Program-made: the position numbers and the translations under genes
Notes under the pieces: generated by a model
The model's input: the letters and a program-made list of their open reading frames with translations, nothing else
What the model was told of the DNA's origin: nothing
Database searches by the model: none
In this document: one piece after another, positions 36,561 to 50,189 of the stretch
How the letters are laid out: the number at the start of each line of letters is the position of its first letter
Position numbering within the stretch: the first letter of the stretch is position 1
Assembly: GCF_018977255.1 (NCBI RefSeq)
Contig: NW_024704742.1
Location: 99,636,001-99,700,000, forward strand
Source of the DNA: Callorhinchus milii
Lineage: Eukaryota
Reading direction: 5' to 3'
DNA length: 64,000 bases

Positions 36561-39444
36561 GGAAACATTTTTTGTGAAAAAAAATCATTGATTATCATTG
36601 CGTGTGATACCACTGTATTGAAAATGACACCTGACTCTTCTAGGTCCTGAAACAAAGAAAGACTTGCCAAACTGTTCATAAAACTAGTTTTCATTGCTGG
36701 GAGTGTTATTACAGTATGCTGAAGGACTGGGTATTGCTCTCTGGAGACATAATGTGGGCCATTTTGACTCAAATTGCCAATATCTGTGTCTTTCTCTATC
36801 AGCGTTATAAGATACACTACATGTGAGCTTGGTAGAATTTTTAAAATACATTTGAGTCTCTTATTAACCCTGTTACAATGGATATTTCTGGGCTAGAGTC
36901 CTTACCTTCTACAGTATAGTATAATGTTGCTGCTAATGTCAGCCTGACCTCAGCTATAGTAACCCTGGTGACACACATCACTTCTAGCGGATGGTTACGC
37001 TTTGGCCACTCAGCACTCACCAGCTGTACAATAATGGATCTTGGTTCAAATCCTTGCCTCTGGTACTGTTTGTTCTGAGCTCCAAAGGCCTCAATAAGAT
37101 CTGATGCATGCTGCGGTTTGATCTATGTAATGCTCCACTTTTCATTTGCTCATTTGCTCTGCTTACTTCACAGAGCCCCCGAGCAATCAAAAACATTATT
37201 TTTTTCTGAAATGTTCCATCATTGTATTGTGTTGTGCCGGTCTATGCATTTCAGGAACTTGTTATTTATAGCCACATAGTATGTATGCGTTAACCAATAT
37301 TCAATCGAATGAGGACATAGTGTGAAGATTGTGACTTGTGATGTACTAATTAACACTAGTAATTAATGAATCGTTGGAAATTCCACCTCGTGAATAAATA
37401 AAGAAAGACATTGACTGCTCTATGGGGTTCCCTCCTGCATAGCATTCAATGTTGGGCTGGAACCTGGCCTGCAGATTTAGACAGCCAGTCAGTGTGGTAT
37501 CTACTCTGATTTCTTATTGTTGAGATAAGCTGGTAGATATCTCACTAACTGATAGTCCATTGTCATGATCTGGTGGCCTGACTTTGGGCTCAACCATTTT
37601 GGCGGTCGTGGGGGAGGGGAGGGGTGGGTGGGGGGGTACATCTGCGATCCAGTCTCTCTCTTCAGTTATCAAAAAGGAGGAATTTTCAACGAAGTGTCAA
37701 TTAACAGAGCAAAAGGTCAGAATTTACATAACCCAGCATTACAACATGTTGAATGGTCAATGGTCAGCCTCTCACCCAGATCACTCCTACATTGACATAT
37801 TCCTGATTACCCCTCATATTATATAGCTACATTATTTACCCTGAGATCAGACTTTTGCTTGCCTCAGTGATACAGACTCATCTTCTCAATAAGCCCATGA
37901 AAATATTCTGCGACTGAACCTGAATGCATTAATTTAAAGCATCCCTTAAATTATATTACGCACTTTTTGTTGCTTTTCTCTGAAAATGAGTCTCTCGCTA
38001 TATTTGCAGATGATTACAGCGCTTTTAATCTTTTTTTCCCCCCAAATCATGCTTTTTTTAAATGGAGTTTAATGTTAATTACAACAACCCCCAGAAAGTG
38101 GAGCTCATTAATATGCTAATGTAGTTAATTTTTTTAGACGCCATGAGGTGACAAGTAGGAAGAAATCCCCTTCCCAGATAGGATGTGACTGCATAGAGAC
38201 AGTTTAGTGATTGTTCTCCTGAGGAACAGCTGCAGTCAGGACGTGCCTCACAAAATGGAAGGTTATGACTGTCAGTAGCTGACATCCCTTTAACACAGTG
38301 AAAAGCAATATCAGCCAGGGTTGGCAGCGATGAAAAATTAAGGCTTTCAGGATGTTGCACATGCACTTTTGTCTCCTCAATTGCTGCAGAGTTAATGTGA
38401 AACACAATCAAGTGGAAAGGAGGGAAGTAAGCAGCAGAGCCCTGTGATTTATTCTTAATTAGATGCTGGCACTGCGTTTTGTCAAACAAGGTGTACTGTA
38501 CGCCGAGATGCACACTGACTGGACTGATTGCAGTGGCAAAGAATGCAAAGTGCTTTCAGGTTGACATTGAAAGGGATTTAGATAAAGTCCTGGGGAAAAA
38601 AAAGGATATAGATATTATTGAAGACGGGTGAGACATTAGCAGCGTGACATGATCAATTTGCATCTCAATGTGAGTTTACTATCTACTTATCAAGTCTTGG
38701 AAATTCGATGGACTGAGCATGTCTGAGCGGTCACTCCTCGAATGCATGGATTAAAGGTCAAACCCTTCCAACTGGTCAGGACAGAGAAAGCAAAGCATAA
38801 GATTCCACCAAATTTAGCTGTTTGAACCCAGAGTGGAATGGAGATGGGTGGGGGTGGGGATGGAAAGAGTGAGACTGTGGTCAGTGGAGTGAAAGTAATA
38901 TTCTCTCTCACTCAGATTCAGGGCTGCTTTTTCAGCCAGCACTGATGGAACCTCCAGGAACATGGATTTGGCGAGCAGCCAACTAATCTATGCACTACAG
39001 TGAAGCTCTGATTCCATCTGTTTCTGCAGTGAATACTCGCCTTCAAATCCACATAGCCAGCAGTATTAACATTACCTCGATCTGTAAAGATATTTTAGAG
39101 AGGCTGGAAAGTGGTGCTGCTGATGGCTGTAATACTGCAAAGACTACGCCACAACACTAATTATCTAGACTATGTGCTCGATATAAACCTGCACTTTTCA
39201 TTATCACTCCGAGGCCAATTACCTTTCCAGGAGGTCAGGCTTAATATTTGTTTGACAATGGAAGCGGAGATGCTCATTAAAAAAAACACTTAGGCATAAA
39301 TTGTTGAAAGAAATGTAATTATTGTACAGTAGGTTGATAAACGGCTACAAAAAAATCTATCGCGATGAGATGGCTTCATTATTTGCACCAGCAGACTTTT
39401 CCCGTTCTCTGCAAACTGCTCTGGAATTTTTTACCATCTAAGGT

Positions 39445-39770
39445 AACAACAACAACTACAACTTGCACTTATACAGCACCCTCCACGCAGGGTAGTGCCT
39501 AAAAACACTTAACAGTGGCGGAGCCTGACTCTGAGCCGGGGGAGGGAGGTGACTGTAAGCATGGTCGAAAAAGAAGGCTTACAGGCGGGACTTGAAAAAG
39601 GTGAGAGAGGGAGCAGGGCAGAGGGATTGAGGGAGAGTGTTCCAGAGTGTTTTGGGGCATAGTGGCTGAAAGCACGACCTCCAATGGTGGAGTGGGGGCT
39701 GAGAGGAACAAGCAGTGCGAGGTAACTGAGCAAGAGAGAGAGACAGAGCAGGAAGACCAGTGGGTGTTGG
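39445..39770 (-). mobile_element. L2 3' end
   Basis: Reverse tail, with peptide STIGGRAFSHYAP as in the other L2 copies. Confidence 0.88.
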
Positions 39771-39848
39771 TGCTTTGTGATTTGCCTGCCATGTGTACTT
39801 AAGCTAAGAGTACAGTCTTCCCATCAGTGCCTACTAGCATTGGAACTG

Positions 39849-39872
39849 AGTGTGTGTGTGTGTGTGTGTGTG
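39849..39872. repeat. (GT)n microsatellite
   Basis: Directly visible. Confidence 0.9.
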
Positions 39873-42800
39873 AGCGAGCGAGGTGGGGGGACTCAGCTGT
39901 GGGTTGGGGAGAAAGTACCTGGGGGAGGGAACAGGCTTACAAGGGTAGATTCTGAGTGTATTTCTGTGTTTTTTTACACAGGGTCTATGTACAATTAGTG
40001 CTAAAAATACAGTAGCATTTTTTTTAGTAGGTCTATATTTTTAGCAATTGGTGTAAATTAACAACCCCCTCCCCCACTGTTCTCCTTTTATTATCCAACA
40101 GCCATCTAGTGCTCCCACTGTTAATATACTGTATCTATACTGAATATTATGTGCTTTGGAAAGATGAATTACAATTGCTAAAGTGGTAAATCTAACATAT
40201 ATTCACCTTCAAGGTACAGGTCACTTCACTTTACAGTATATCCTGTGAAGCACTTTGAGACACCATGAATACCATAGCTTGTTATTTGTTACTTAGCTAC
40301 TCTAAGGACACTGCACCTCCCCAAGATTGCAACATATCCTGTGGGTTATTGGTGCACATAGGTTTGTGTCCAGTCACTTCATGACAGTGTATTGCTTTCC
40401 TACTCTCTTATGAATGGTGCTTATATTTGGGTCTGAGACATAATATTCATAACAGGGATCACAAGGGGCGATTCCTGCTGGTAAACACAAGCAAGAGAAG
40501 CTCTGAGCCTATCAAGCTCACTCCCGTTTAGTCAAGGTCTCCATCAGGCATCATAGTCAGTCTTTATTAAACCATTTATTATATAAAACAGGGAGAAAAC
40601 GCAGCAACTTTATATATTGCCTTTTACGTGGGATAGCATCTCGGAATGCTGAGAAAGAAAGACGTTTTGAAAGGAGAGGGGATTGGATAAAGAAAAAGGA
40701 CAGGATGAAATTCAAGACTATGAGCACAGATTCAAGCTGCAAAAAAGGAAAGATAAACAGACAGTTCAGATTGAAGTATTTTACAGGGAGTGGTGAATCT
40801 GTGGAATAGGCTTCATGAGGAGATGGATTGTGTCAGCAATTTCAAGAGGAAATATGAAGCTATTTGGCGAAGAAATCGATTGAGGGGGTGTGAGAAACAG
40901 AATAGCGTAGGATTTTTTACAAAAATGATCGGGACCGATCACAGATTTTTTTTCTGGCCCTGAACATCCCTATGTTATGATTGCGAGACAGAGGAAGGGG
41001 ATAGAAAAGGGAAGTGAGTGAAAAACTGGGACTGGCAACCATCTCAGGACACTAAAGCATCCTTATAGGACTGAACAATCTGGTCAAAAAACTTTCTTGT
41101 CAAGTCAATCCCTTTGTCAGTGGAATTATCTCAAAATGGATAGATACAATGGAGCTGTTTTATAACAGTCTCCAGTTGGATTCTGTGGTAAGGATGATGG
41201 ATAAGGATTGCCTGAGAATCATTATAAAATTGCTGATAGTGTGAGTCAGTCTGTGAACCTTGAGTCTGAATCAGATTTACTGCTCTGAAGTCGATAGAAT
41301 CACAGACCGCAACTGAAATTTCAACAATCCTGTTCAAAAAAATGCCAGTGATCCAATTAACCAAAGGTGTTAGTGAATTTATATTTTCACAGTAGTAAAG
41401 TCCATTGCAGTAAAGTCCACTCAGATTCGCTTTGTATCACATCAATTCCTAGTGTGTTAAAAGCCGCAATAAACACACACCTTGGAGTTTTTTTTTATTG
41501 TCTGACTAGATGGTAGGTAAGGACATAGGAGGTTACTGATTGGAGAGCCCCATTGTAAAGCCCTGAAATGTACACAATTGCTCTTGGTCTCTGAACCTTT
41601 CAATGATTCACCATCACAATGCTGTGAAATTGAGAGAATCATTAAGTAGCTTTATCTCCAGCCTGCACACCAACTTTTAAAACAGTGCATTGGCACATAT
41701 AGGGTTGCTCTTAAGTGGAGATAGGCAGGCTCGCTGAAGGAACAGACACACAACATTTGTAATGTGCTAGAGGTAACAGGCGCTGTGACATTTCATAATA
41801 TATTGACCAGGCGCATTTCATTTTTTTTCATGTGCTCAAGAGTGAGATGCCTGCGTGAGAGACACATGAATAATAATAAACAATAATCCCTCCATTTGTT
41901 GCAGCATCTGACATTTCACCTGACCAGGCAGATTGGACCTTGTTTAATGCCACACCTCTAACAATTCAGTGTTTCTCCAGCACTGAGCTGGTGTATAGAC
42001 CTATACCTTGGATCTTAAAATCTTGATGTGGGTTTTGAGCTTTGCATTGGTATGGAAAAATATATTGCCAGAGATAATGTCTCACAACTAAACCCTGTTT
42101 TCTGTAGAAAAACTATATGTCACATAGACTTGTGAGACCTGGGTTCAGACTTGAGACCTCCTTGAAGCTGAGGTTTTGTGTTTTGGCACAGTATATGGGA
42201 GATTTTCAGCTGAAATCATAGTGTGTGTCAGGAAGCATCTTTTCGAGCAGCAAGGTGCCTGTAATGTTATCATTTGCCCAAGGAGCTTTTTTCAACCCCC
42301 ATTGTATAATTGATTGTGAGAGAGCAACCAAAATTCAAAAGTGCCATTCAAAAGCATAAACACAGCATCAAACAGACCTTTTAGTGTTGGTTTTAGTAAT
42401 CAGATTTGTCCAGTGCCAAAACAAACAGAGGTGTGGTGAAACCCGTGCCATCTAATCAAACATTCTCCTGAGTACCATTGAATAAAGTCACTTCAATGTT
42501 CCTTTCTTAGGTTTGCTATGTTCTTGGGAAAGCAAACACTGATGCTGGAAGAATAGTAAAGGTTAATAAATGTGTGATTTTCAATCTTCTTATCAAACAG
42601 TGTGACCACAGGAGCAGCCTATTCGTGGGGTTGCAAATCAATATTTACCGCTCATTGTTTCCGGATTATCCATCTATTCTGAGTCAGCAGAATATTTGGA
42701 TGTACAGCAAAGCCACATCTGGCCCACTTTTTGACTTTCAGTACATTTGTTAGTGTTTCCACATCTCATATATCCATGGTAACACACTCCTCCTGGGATA

Positions 42801-45800
42801 TTACTATAATGAATAGGCTATCATGGTAATCCACAGAATTATGACTATTTTAATCCTGCCTCTGTAAAATGATCATAAGATACGCTCTCCCAAATATTGT
42901 TAGAATTTCAGAAAATGTTATCCATAATGATATGGTGCACTAATGTATTTAGTCCAGTGAACGTTTTAGTTTGAGGATTTATTTTTTTCCATTCTTTGAA
43001 GGAGTTTACAGCTATGAAGCTTAATAGATTCCATTCAGATTTTTTCTATCAGAAGGCTATGGCCTTCCTGTAAAAGTTTTAAATGTGCATTAAGGCAAGA
43101 GTCTGTGGTTTAATGGGTGGGAAACTAGGAAAGATTGAGTGCCTATTGAAACAAGGGAGTGAGAGTGAGAGGTGCAGAAAAAAATAGTAAGCAACACTGG
43201 AAAATTACATTTACACGGTAAAGATTTTATTTGATTTGTATCAATTTTATTGTGTTTCGTAAAGAGATTTATTAATTAAGAAATCTGAAAGGGAACACCT
43301 TCTGGGAATCATGTCATGGACATCACATTGACTCGAGGGAACCCCGCTCCAAAAATAGATTGAGTTGGGGTGGCATTCCTCATTCGGTGTCACTCAGTTT
43401 CTTAATTAAAAAGCTTGTAGAATTCACTTTAAATGGAAAATGCTTCCTTTGATAAAGAAAAGGGCCTTTGCAAAATATACTATTTAAAAATCAATAGGAT
43501 CCTTTCCCAATTTTGGAATCTAAGGATCAGACTGATTGTTACTTGTGTTTGTATGAAGATATGGAAAGTGCATGTTGAAAACAGGTGGAGAGCTGGAGAG
43601 ACAGCAAGCCGAAGAAACGTAGCCAATGAACGAAACTGTCAGGAGAGGTCAGAACGGAAAATACTTTCAGCGCAACCATCCCCCTTCTTGTTCTGAAGAG
43701 AATATGTTTGCTCCATTTCCAGATCCCAAAGGGGATTTCCCACCAAAGTGAAGGAAAGGAAACGTTAGGGGGCTAAACATAGTAGGTTTAGAGAAATCTA
43801 TTTCTGCCCAATAGTTGCAGCTTGTTTAAACAGTTTACATGATAATCCTTCCAGCAAGCAGCTGGCCCTGACGGTTAGCATGTTCATTCTGTTGGATAAC
43901 AAATGCAGTCTGATTGCAACTCAAGCCATTCCACATGTAAGAAGCCATTGTTCCATTTCTGATTAAACGGGCAGCTGGAGATTGCAAAGAATGTAATTGC
44001 CTCGGCCATGGAACATCTTCACCTGTTATTTCAAGTAAGCTAAATCATAGCAGAAATTATTAACAGGCACCGTTTCATGGTAGTTTAATTTGAGGCGATC
44101 ACCGTTAGTGTAACACAGATGAATAGGTGTGTTGGACTTGACTTTAAATAGGACTGACATCCAATGAATATTTTCTGGCAATTGCACTGCAGGGAGCCTG
44201 TCAGTGATTGCGTTTACAGCCATACAATTGCCAAGCACAGGAGGGGGAAAAAAAGTCTGCTAACACTACTTGTGCTTATAATCTTAACAATGATTGGAGT
44301 ATTTGACAGCTAAATCATTTTTCAATTAGGCCTGTAAATGATATGAGCATGTGCTGATGAGTTTTCGGTGGAAATATTTCAGCATCAGGATGATCAGGGA
44401 ATTCACTTACTGTTCAGATTGAAAGTGGCATTAAATTTTAATACGCAGCATTCATTTCCCTGCAATCTTTTTCTGATAGAGGTTTAAAATTGATTATGAA
44501 TTACAATGTATGCCAGACTGGCTAACTCATGAACAGACAACCTTTCATCTCTCTTCCATTCATTAGTTCTTTCACTTCTTCATTCTTTCCCGCCTAACAT
44601 TCACATACGTGCACTTTTTCCTTCCTTCCCTCCCATGCTAGCTCACTCGCTTACTTGCTTCCTTGCTTTTTTTATAGAATCATTGAATGTTACAGCACTA
44701 TGGAGGCCCTTTGTGCCTGTGCCGGCTCTTTGAAAGAGCTATCGAACTAGTCACATATCTCACATTTCTACAATCCTATTGTGTAACCAGAACATGTAGA
44801 AATAGTAGTCAATATGAAACCTATCATTACATTCTAGCCTCTGTGTGCACGGTTGTGTTTTGGAACGGATCCCTTGTTTTGCTATTGAAAGCACTTGTGT
44901 CAACTTGGATTTTGTGGCTCGCGATCACATGTTCTACTGTAAAGCAACATTATGAGTCAGTTCATGTAGATCCTGATGGCTGTTCCTGTCCACAAATGTT
45001 CTTGCACTATGACATTGGCATAGAGCAGTTTGCAAATCCTCACCGTCAAATCTCACATATGAATAATGGCCACTTGTGTCAGAGCTGATGATATCCTGTG
45101 TCTTGCACCCATATCCCAGTTGAAGGTAAATTAAGTTTAAAATGCCTTTAGGAGGAGAGGTAATGTGGGAAAACTGGACAATAAATACTGGCAGGAAATA
45201 AGATTCTAATGGACTCTATGGAGGAGAGAAGAGCAATGAAGGGTTGAGGGAATTAGATGTAGGAGCTATTTTCCTTATGCTATATTTACTCAGTCCATGT
45301 AAAATGGCAGCAAGAAGGTAAACTATGCCCCTGAGTAATAAAAGGACATTTGAAATAAAAATAATGCCCTACACATGGGGCCATGCAGTGCCTACCGAAA
45401 ACCTTTTGTAAAGAGTGACCAGACTCTTCCACCCTGAGCGGCACCAGCTCAGAACTGGTGGGTTATAACTCTGTGTTCTAAACCGTTGAGTGGAAGGTGA
45501 TGAGCGGGGAATTATATATGAAACATGAACAGTGCACTTGGAGTGTTAACAGCTTAAAGAGCTGAAATTTGTGTCGTGCAGAATATCTGGCTATTAAAAC
45601 ACTTTAAACACTCTGCTGTCTAAACACACAAGACACCAGAACCCGCTCCCTGCTAATTTGTGCGGCCTTATTAACATTAACACCAAGCAGAGAATAGACC
45701 AATAGTTCGGAAGATGCTTGAATACAGTAATTGCAAATAACAGTCTTGTTTTTATTGCACATAACCATTATGGTCAGATGCATTACATTTTGATTTTAAG

Positions 45801-46634
45801 CATTAATTTAATAATAACGCGTCATAGTCACCAATATCATTATCACAGTCAAATTGACTGTACAGAAATATAATCTTGTCAGAAACGATCAGATCAGAAA
45901 CTTCCACTGCTGCTGATTAAAAGGCCCTGGTTGGATGCTACAAAGCTCCTTTTGTTTTAATTTAAAAGGACAGGGCTTGTCTTTTTGAGGCAGTTCTGCG
46001 TCTGTTTACTGATCTAATTTATTTTAAATAGTTTTGCTTTATGAGAGAGTTGAGAAATGTTCGCGTTTGATTTTCAATTTATTTCAGATTGAGTTTGTAC
46101 AGTCTGACCTCAGACCTGCTGCGTCTATAACCCATTCACTGCTCTCCTTAGTGTTTGCCAAAAGCCTGCCTTATGAAGCCCAGTTCTGGTTGATCTGACA
46201 TGGTGTGTACAGTTGGGGTTTCTTTGTTATGTGATTCAGTCATCTTGTAATACTCGAGAACCACGTTTTGTTGAGATCAATGGGTTTGATTTTCTTTTGA
46301 ATTTGTGAATAGTTAATCCATTCTCGGCTCTAAAAAAAAGGAATGGAAAGAAAAGTAAATGAAGTGGTGGAGTTAAGGTGGATGAAATAAAGAAATCATT
46401 TGAAATATATAGAAGAAAAGCGAGGACTGTCATTCACTCAGTCTCAGGGAAGCAAGGTTGTGCAGCACTTTTCAACTTTTCAAATCTTTTATTTAGCCTG
46501 CCATTCATACAATATCAAACCTAAATGTAGTTTTTCCTTCCGTTGCTTCCCATCTTCTTGACTCTGACTCAAAAGGTTGTGAGTTCAAGTCTCACATCGA
46601 GACTTTGAACTCAATAGGCTGATAAAACTTGCCA

Positions 46635-47090
46635 AGGGGGAAGCTGAAAGAGAGTGTTAGTTGACTCGTCACTCACTATGTCAAAACAGTATGAGGCAGC
46701 AATAAACAAAGCAAATAGGATGTTGGGCTACATTGCCAAAACAGTTGAGTTTAGATCCCCAGACGACATTCTCATGCTGTACAGTGCTCTGGTCAGTCCA
46801 CAACTTAAATAATGCCTATAGTCTGGTCACCACAAGATAAGGGGCTGCTTAGACCCTACAGAGAGTGCAGAGGATGATCCCCAGAGGAAAGAGCTGTCAG
46901 CAATGAACAGACAAGCTAGGGCTCTTCAGCCTTGAGATAAGATGATTCAAGAGAGACCTCATTAAGGTGTAGAAAATTTTAAATGGGATTGAAAAAGTAA
47001 ACCTAGATCAATACTTTAGGATGCAACAAGACTGTAGGATGGTGTTTTGGAAGGATGAGATTGGATGGGCCGAAGAGCCTTCATCAACCA
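46635..47090 (+). mobile_element. CR1 ORF2 C-terminal fragment and 3' UTR
   Basis: VLVDSSLTMSKQYEAAINKANRMLGYIAKTVEFRSPDDILMLYSALVSPQL and LGLFSLE, with 3' end GGATGGGCCGAAGAGCC. Confidence 0.88.
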
Positions 47091-47097
47091 ATTTTGG

Positions 47098-47423
47098 GTG
47101 GAGTCCTGTAGCTCAGTGGTTAGAGCACTCGCTTTGCAAGCGAGAGACCTGAGTTCAATTCCAGGCAGAGGGCGAAACCTTGGGCAAGTTTCCTTACTCC
47201 ACACAGAGCCTAATAATAATCCCTCCAAAACCAAAAACAATAATAAATTGGTCATTTTCAATCCATGACGGTTTGTGGGACACTGCTGTGCGCAATTGGC
47301 TGCCGCATTTCGCCCACAAATATACAGTCAATTCACTTTACATTGTGTTCTGTGAAGCGCTTTGGGACGTCCTCCCGATGTGAAAAGCGCTATATCAAAT
47401 GCAAGGATTATTATTATTATTAT
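47098..47423 (+). mobile_element. tRNA-Ala SINE, short subfamily, full length, young
   Basis: Near-identical to 23973 and 34489. Confidence 0.95.
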
Positions 47424-47615
47424 TTGTGATCTTGTGTGTGTGACACTGCAATGTAGTGCTGGGGGGTGCTGCACTGTTGGAGATAGCGTCCTTCGTATGA
47501 AACATTAAAATGAAGTTCCATCCACCTGTTCAGGCGAACGTAACAGATCTCATGGAACTTTTTGAAAAAGAGAAATTTCTCCTAGTATCCTAGCCAACAA
47601 TCCTCCAGATAAATG

Positions 47616-47832
47616 GTGAGTCCTGTAGAGAAATGGATAGAGCATTCGCCTTGCAAACGAGAGGATCCGGGTTCGATTCCCTGGTAGGGCAAAACCTTAG
47701 GGTATGTTTCCTTACTTCACACATCTCTGTAAGTAGAAACCCAGTTTATAGTCAATTGGTGGATTGTTTTCCGGGGGTAATAATCCTTTCAAAAACAATT
47801 TGGTCACTCAATCCATGACTGTTTGTGGGAGA
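47616..47832 (+). mobile_element. tRNA-Ala SINE, long subfamily, 3'-truncated
   Basis: GAGTCCTGTAG...GGTTCGATTCC...AGAAACCCAGTT...TGGTCACTCAATCCATGACTGTTTGTGG. Confidence 0.85.
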
Positions 47833-48040
47833 AGCTATATGAATTAATGAAAGACTTGCATAGATTTAAAAAGTGTTTTACTAAACTTAGATATGTTCAT
47901 TGATTTTTAAATTGGTTGTTTTGTATGAATTTTTACATTTTTACCTTTTTAATAGCTTGACTGAAACTTTTCTCTCTCCCTCTCCCCCTCCCCCCCCACA
48001 CACACTCACATATACTGAATAGAATCGTCAGTATAGCCCT

Positions 48041-48565
48041 GTGGAGTCCTGTAGCCCAGTGGTTAGAGCACTCCCCTTGCAAGAGAGAAGACATGGGTTC
48101 GATTCCCAGCAGGGCGAAACGTTGGGCAAGTTTCCTTACTCCACACACCTCTGTTCACCTAGCAGTAAGTAGGAACCCGGTTGTTAGTCGATTGGCGGTT
48201 CACTCATCCAGGGGGTAATAACCCCTTCCAATAAATAAATAAATAAATAAATAATAATTTGGTCACTCAATCCATGACTGTTTGTGTGACACTACTGTGC
48301 GCAATTGTCTGCCATGTTTCACCTACAAAATATACAGTCAATTCAACAACAACAATAACAACTTGGATTTATATAGCGCCCTCCATGCCGGACGGCGTCT
48401 CAGAGCGTTTAATTTCACTTTGCAGTATATTCTGTGAAGCGCTTTGAGACAACGACAACAGCAACAACAACAACAACAAGATTACATTTGTATAGCGCCT
48501 TTCACGTCGGGAGACGTCTCGAAGATGTGATAAGGCGCTATATAAAATGCAAGGAATATTATTAT
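48041..48565 (+). mobile_element. tRNA-Ala SINE, long subfamily, carrying two antisense L2-tail insertions
   Basis: Head, central CTCTGTTCACCTAGCAGTAAGTAGG segment, (AAAT)n linker, and a tail interrupted at 48345-48412 and 48451-48510. Confidence 0.92.
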
Positions 48566-50189
48566 CATATTATTATAAGATTGGTCATTCACTTCATGGC
48601 TGTTTGTGGAGGATTGCTGTGTGCAAATTGCCTGCCACCATCACCCACAAAATGCACAATCACTAACCATACAGTAAACCTTTGAAGGTTTTGAGATGTG
48701 CTTCCGATGTGAAAGATGCTCTATCAAATGCAATATTTATCTCAATACTTGTTTATGCTGGTTTACGCTGGTGCTTTGGCCATATTTTTAGACTGCCTTG
48801 GGATCCTGGATTTTCTGGTCACACATTTTGCAGCAAGTCTTGAATTTTTGAAATTAGCCAAACCTGGCACATAAGGGTTGCGAGTCTCACAAATTAGACG
48901 CTTGCGCTGCCATTGAAGACCTAATTAAAATTTTGCACAACCTTGTGTGTACAAGCCTGCAATGTGACCTTGTTTTCTGTAGCTGTTTCTGTGCAACAAT
49001 CTTTCTGAACAAGAGCTAGCATGAACAGAACTGTAGCGTGCAGCAGGCTTCAACAGTCCAGAGGGAGACTGAGGAAATGACTTGTAACTGAGTGGATCTG
49101 ACCCTGTGCATAATTCATAATCATTAGTTTAAGTGACAGTTGTATGATATTTGTGTCACTGCTCTGAACCCTGCAGATTTCCAGGCAAATGGTCCAATCA
49201 GTTCTTGGGTTGCGACCTCCTCCCATTGAAAGGCATGGCTGATAATAGCAGGGGATGTTTGCTTAATGTGCTCTCTCAGCTCTTTGCTCGACAGTTAGAA
49301 CTAAACTGAAACCGTGGAAATGACTACAGTAAAATGTTAGATCTAGCTGCGGATAAATTGAAAGGGATGAGATATGATATTCCCACCCATTCATTTCAAT
49401 TGGGTCAATGAGTCCATAGAAAAGCATTTAGAGTGTGTGTGTACGACTGGAAATTGTGATTTACTGAATAATAAAGCAGCTGATGTTGAAAAATAGGGAG
49501 TTCATCAAGGCCAAGTCACTGTTTTTTATCTTGAACTCTCTCCTTCCCACTTGCCCTGAACTTTCTCACATCCACAGACATTGACCAAACAGAGGTGCAT
49601 TTGACAGCAATGGGAGATTGTTTTTCCCCTTACCTTCAAAGCGCACAATTCTTACAAAACAGACAAGTGCTGAGGAAACGCAGGCAAGCTGTGAATGATG
49701 GATTCAAGTGAAAGATTAGCACTCTGGAGAGTGACCATCTGGTCGGGAAGACGACAAAGTGACCATCCCAGAACGATAATTATCACATCTCTCAAAATTG
49801 TGATCTAAACCAGTTTAAAATTATTGGCAAGTTTGGGTGTAAACACTAATTTCTGTAAAGCTCTTTCAGACGGTTTAATGTTAAAGACGCTATACGACCA
49901 ATGGAAATATTTTGTCTCTATCGACTATCAAAACTCTTCAGGATTTTAAATCATCACATATTGGATCCCATCCTTACTCTTCAAATACTTGTGCAATAAT
50001 CCTTTCAGATGGGTAAGTAATTCTCTGCCTCTGGGTACATTTAGTGACAATCAAAGAATCGCCCCTTAAGTTGCCAGAGAGCTTGACTGCACATACTATT
50101 GACATGGCATGTACACAAAGCATTACAATCTTGTGGTAAATTCTGTACGATACGATTCCAGAACAATCTACTCATTGTTGAGTCAGTAA

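Larger units (their letters stand above)
47440..48740 (+). mobile_element. DeuSINE split into 47440-47612 and 48580-48740 by later insertions
   Basis: The core ends AACAATCCTCCAGATAAATGG, and a matching 3' part resumes as ATTGGTCATTCACTTCATGGCTGTTTGTGG. Confidence 0.65.

Noticed and set aside
40097..40114. CTCF-like motif (reverse GCACTAGATGGCTG)
   Set aside because: A single imperfect match is expected by chance in 64 kb.
43433..43696. 87-aa ORF in unique sequence
   Set aside because: No recognisable domain and no convincing splice sites; the length is within chance expectation.
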